A DNA stretch of 52,036 bases, counting the filler, from Catajapyx aquilonaris (Eukaryota): assembly GCA_000934665.2 (NCBI GenBank). It is 3 parts of 3 records of this genome, joined end to end, with 100 filler letters (N's around TTAATTAATTAA, not from the genome) between each part and the next. Parts side by side here need not be neighbours in the genome. Positions count along the whole stretch, not along the records: positions 34,790 to 52,036 come from JYFJ02006993.1; 2 more parts are not named here. One strand, 5' to 3'. The notes below the pieces were generated by a model. That model was given only the letters and a program-made list of their open reading frames with translations. It searched no databases and had not been told where the DNA came from. Shown piece by piece: positions 51,297 to 52,036 of this stretch. The stretch's first letter is position 1, and each line of letters begins with the position of its first letter. The position numbers and the translations under genes were made by a program.

Positions 51297-52036
51297 CAAC
51301 TGAGCTTTCTTAGTGTCAAATGATTCTAACAGTTAGTGTCTGTAAGAAAGTGAGGTTGGAGGACAATGAGAAGCCATATAATTATGCTAATTTCTTCTAC
51401 TGGACACGTGACGGTTCAGTGAAGTGTTGCACCCACTGTAAGGATTTTTAAACAAATTCTAGATGAATGAAAAGGGTTTTTAATGAAGGTTTGTGATGAC
51501 AATGGGCATTTCAAATCCGATTTATACAATACTGGTATGTTTTGCAGGTCCTCTTGTTAAGATTTACAGAATATTAGGTGGATTGTTGTCTACACCAAAG
51601 TTAATACATAATACTTGACTTTTGCCAATTTTCTTTCAATTAGGAAAGCGTTTACCATCATTTTGCCAGGAGGTGGACAGCAATATAACGTATGGTATAT
51701 ATTAATATTTGGTATGAACTGAAGGAGTGCTAGGTCTAATTACAATGGGCATGAAAGCAAACATCCAGTGATGGGTGGGTCAGCCTTCCAACTCTGATGT
51801 CCCACATTCTAGGTTGGAAAAAGGACTGTCTCATTTGGAAGTAGTTTTGAAGGATTCTCTAAATACTTGCATAGGTTTTCGGATGTACAGGGTTAATTCA
51901 GATGAAAACGAGCTACGGTCATATAGCTACTGCACTGGTGTGTCGCAACAGACATCCCATACACAAAACGAAGGCCGTATGCCCGTATATCGGTGTATTA
52001 TTATGACACACTGACAGTTGGCCATTCGATCACTGG

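Overview
Eukaryotic, arthropod-like genomic DNA made of three contigs of about 17.3 kb each, joined by artificial 100-bp N44-TTAATTAATTAA-N44 spacers (17253-17352, 34690-34789). Adjacency across the spacers is therefore unproven. Contig A (1-17252) holds a tandem array of five C2H2 zinc-finger gene units. A complete unit has an octamer/YY1-like promoter, an acidic exon rich in psi-K-x-E motifs and a single exon of 8-12 fingers; the first and last units are partial. The units are interleaved with Helitron, LINE, mariner and Sola-like remnants. Contig B (17353-34689) holds an intronless divergent ionotropic receptor, a 5-exon fax/FAXC GST-like gene, an intronless MpaB/rubber-oxygenase (DUF2236)-like gene tail-to-tail with fax (both partly re-duplicated), and a divergent 6-coding-exon cis-prenyltransferase (DHDDS-like). 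Contig C (34790-52036) holds the 5' half of a PDSS1-like trans-prenyltransferase on the minus strand with up to three candidate transit-peptide first exons, a frameshifted PDSS1-like 3' half on the plus strand, and many MITEs and SINEs. The two most interesting hypotheses are a possible animal isoprenoid gene cluster (cis-PT, trans-PT, prenyl-cleaving oxygenase) and a KRAB-ZNF-like zinc-finger family with a SUMO-motif effector exon. All calls come from manual motif reading; no database searches were run.
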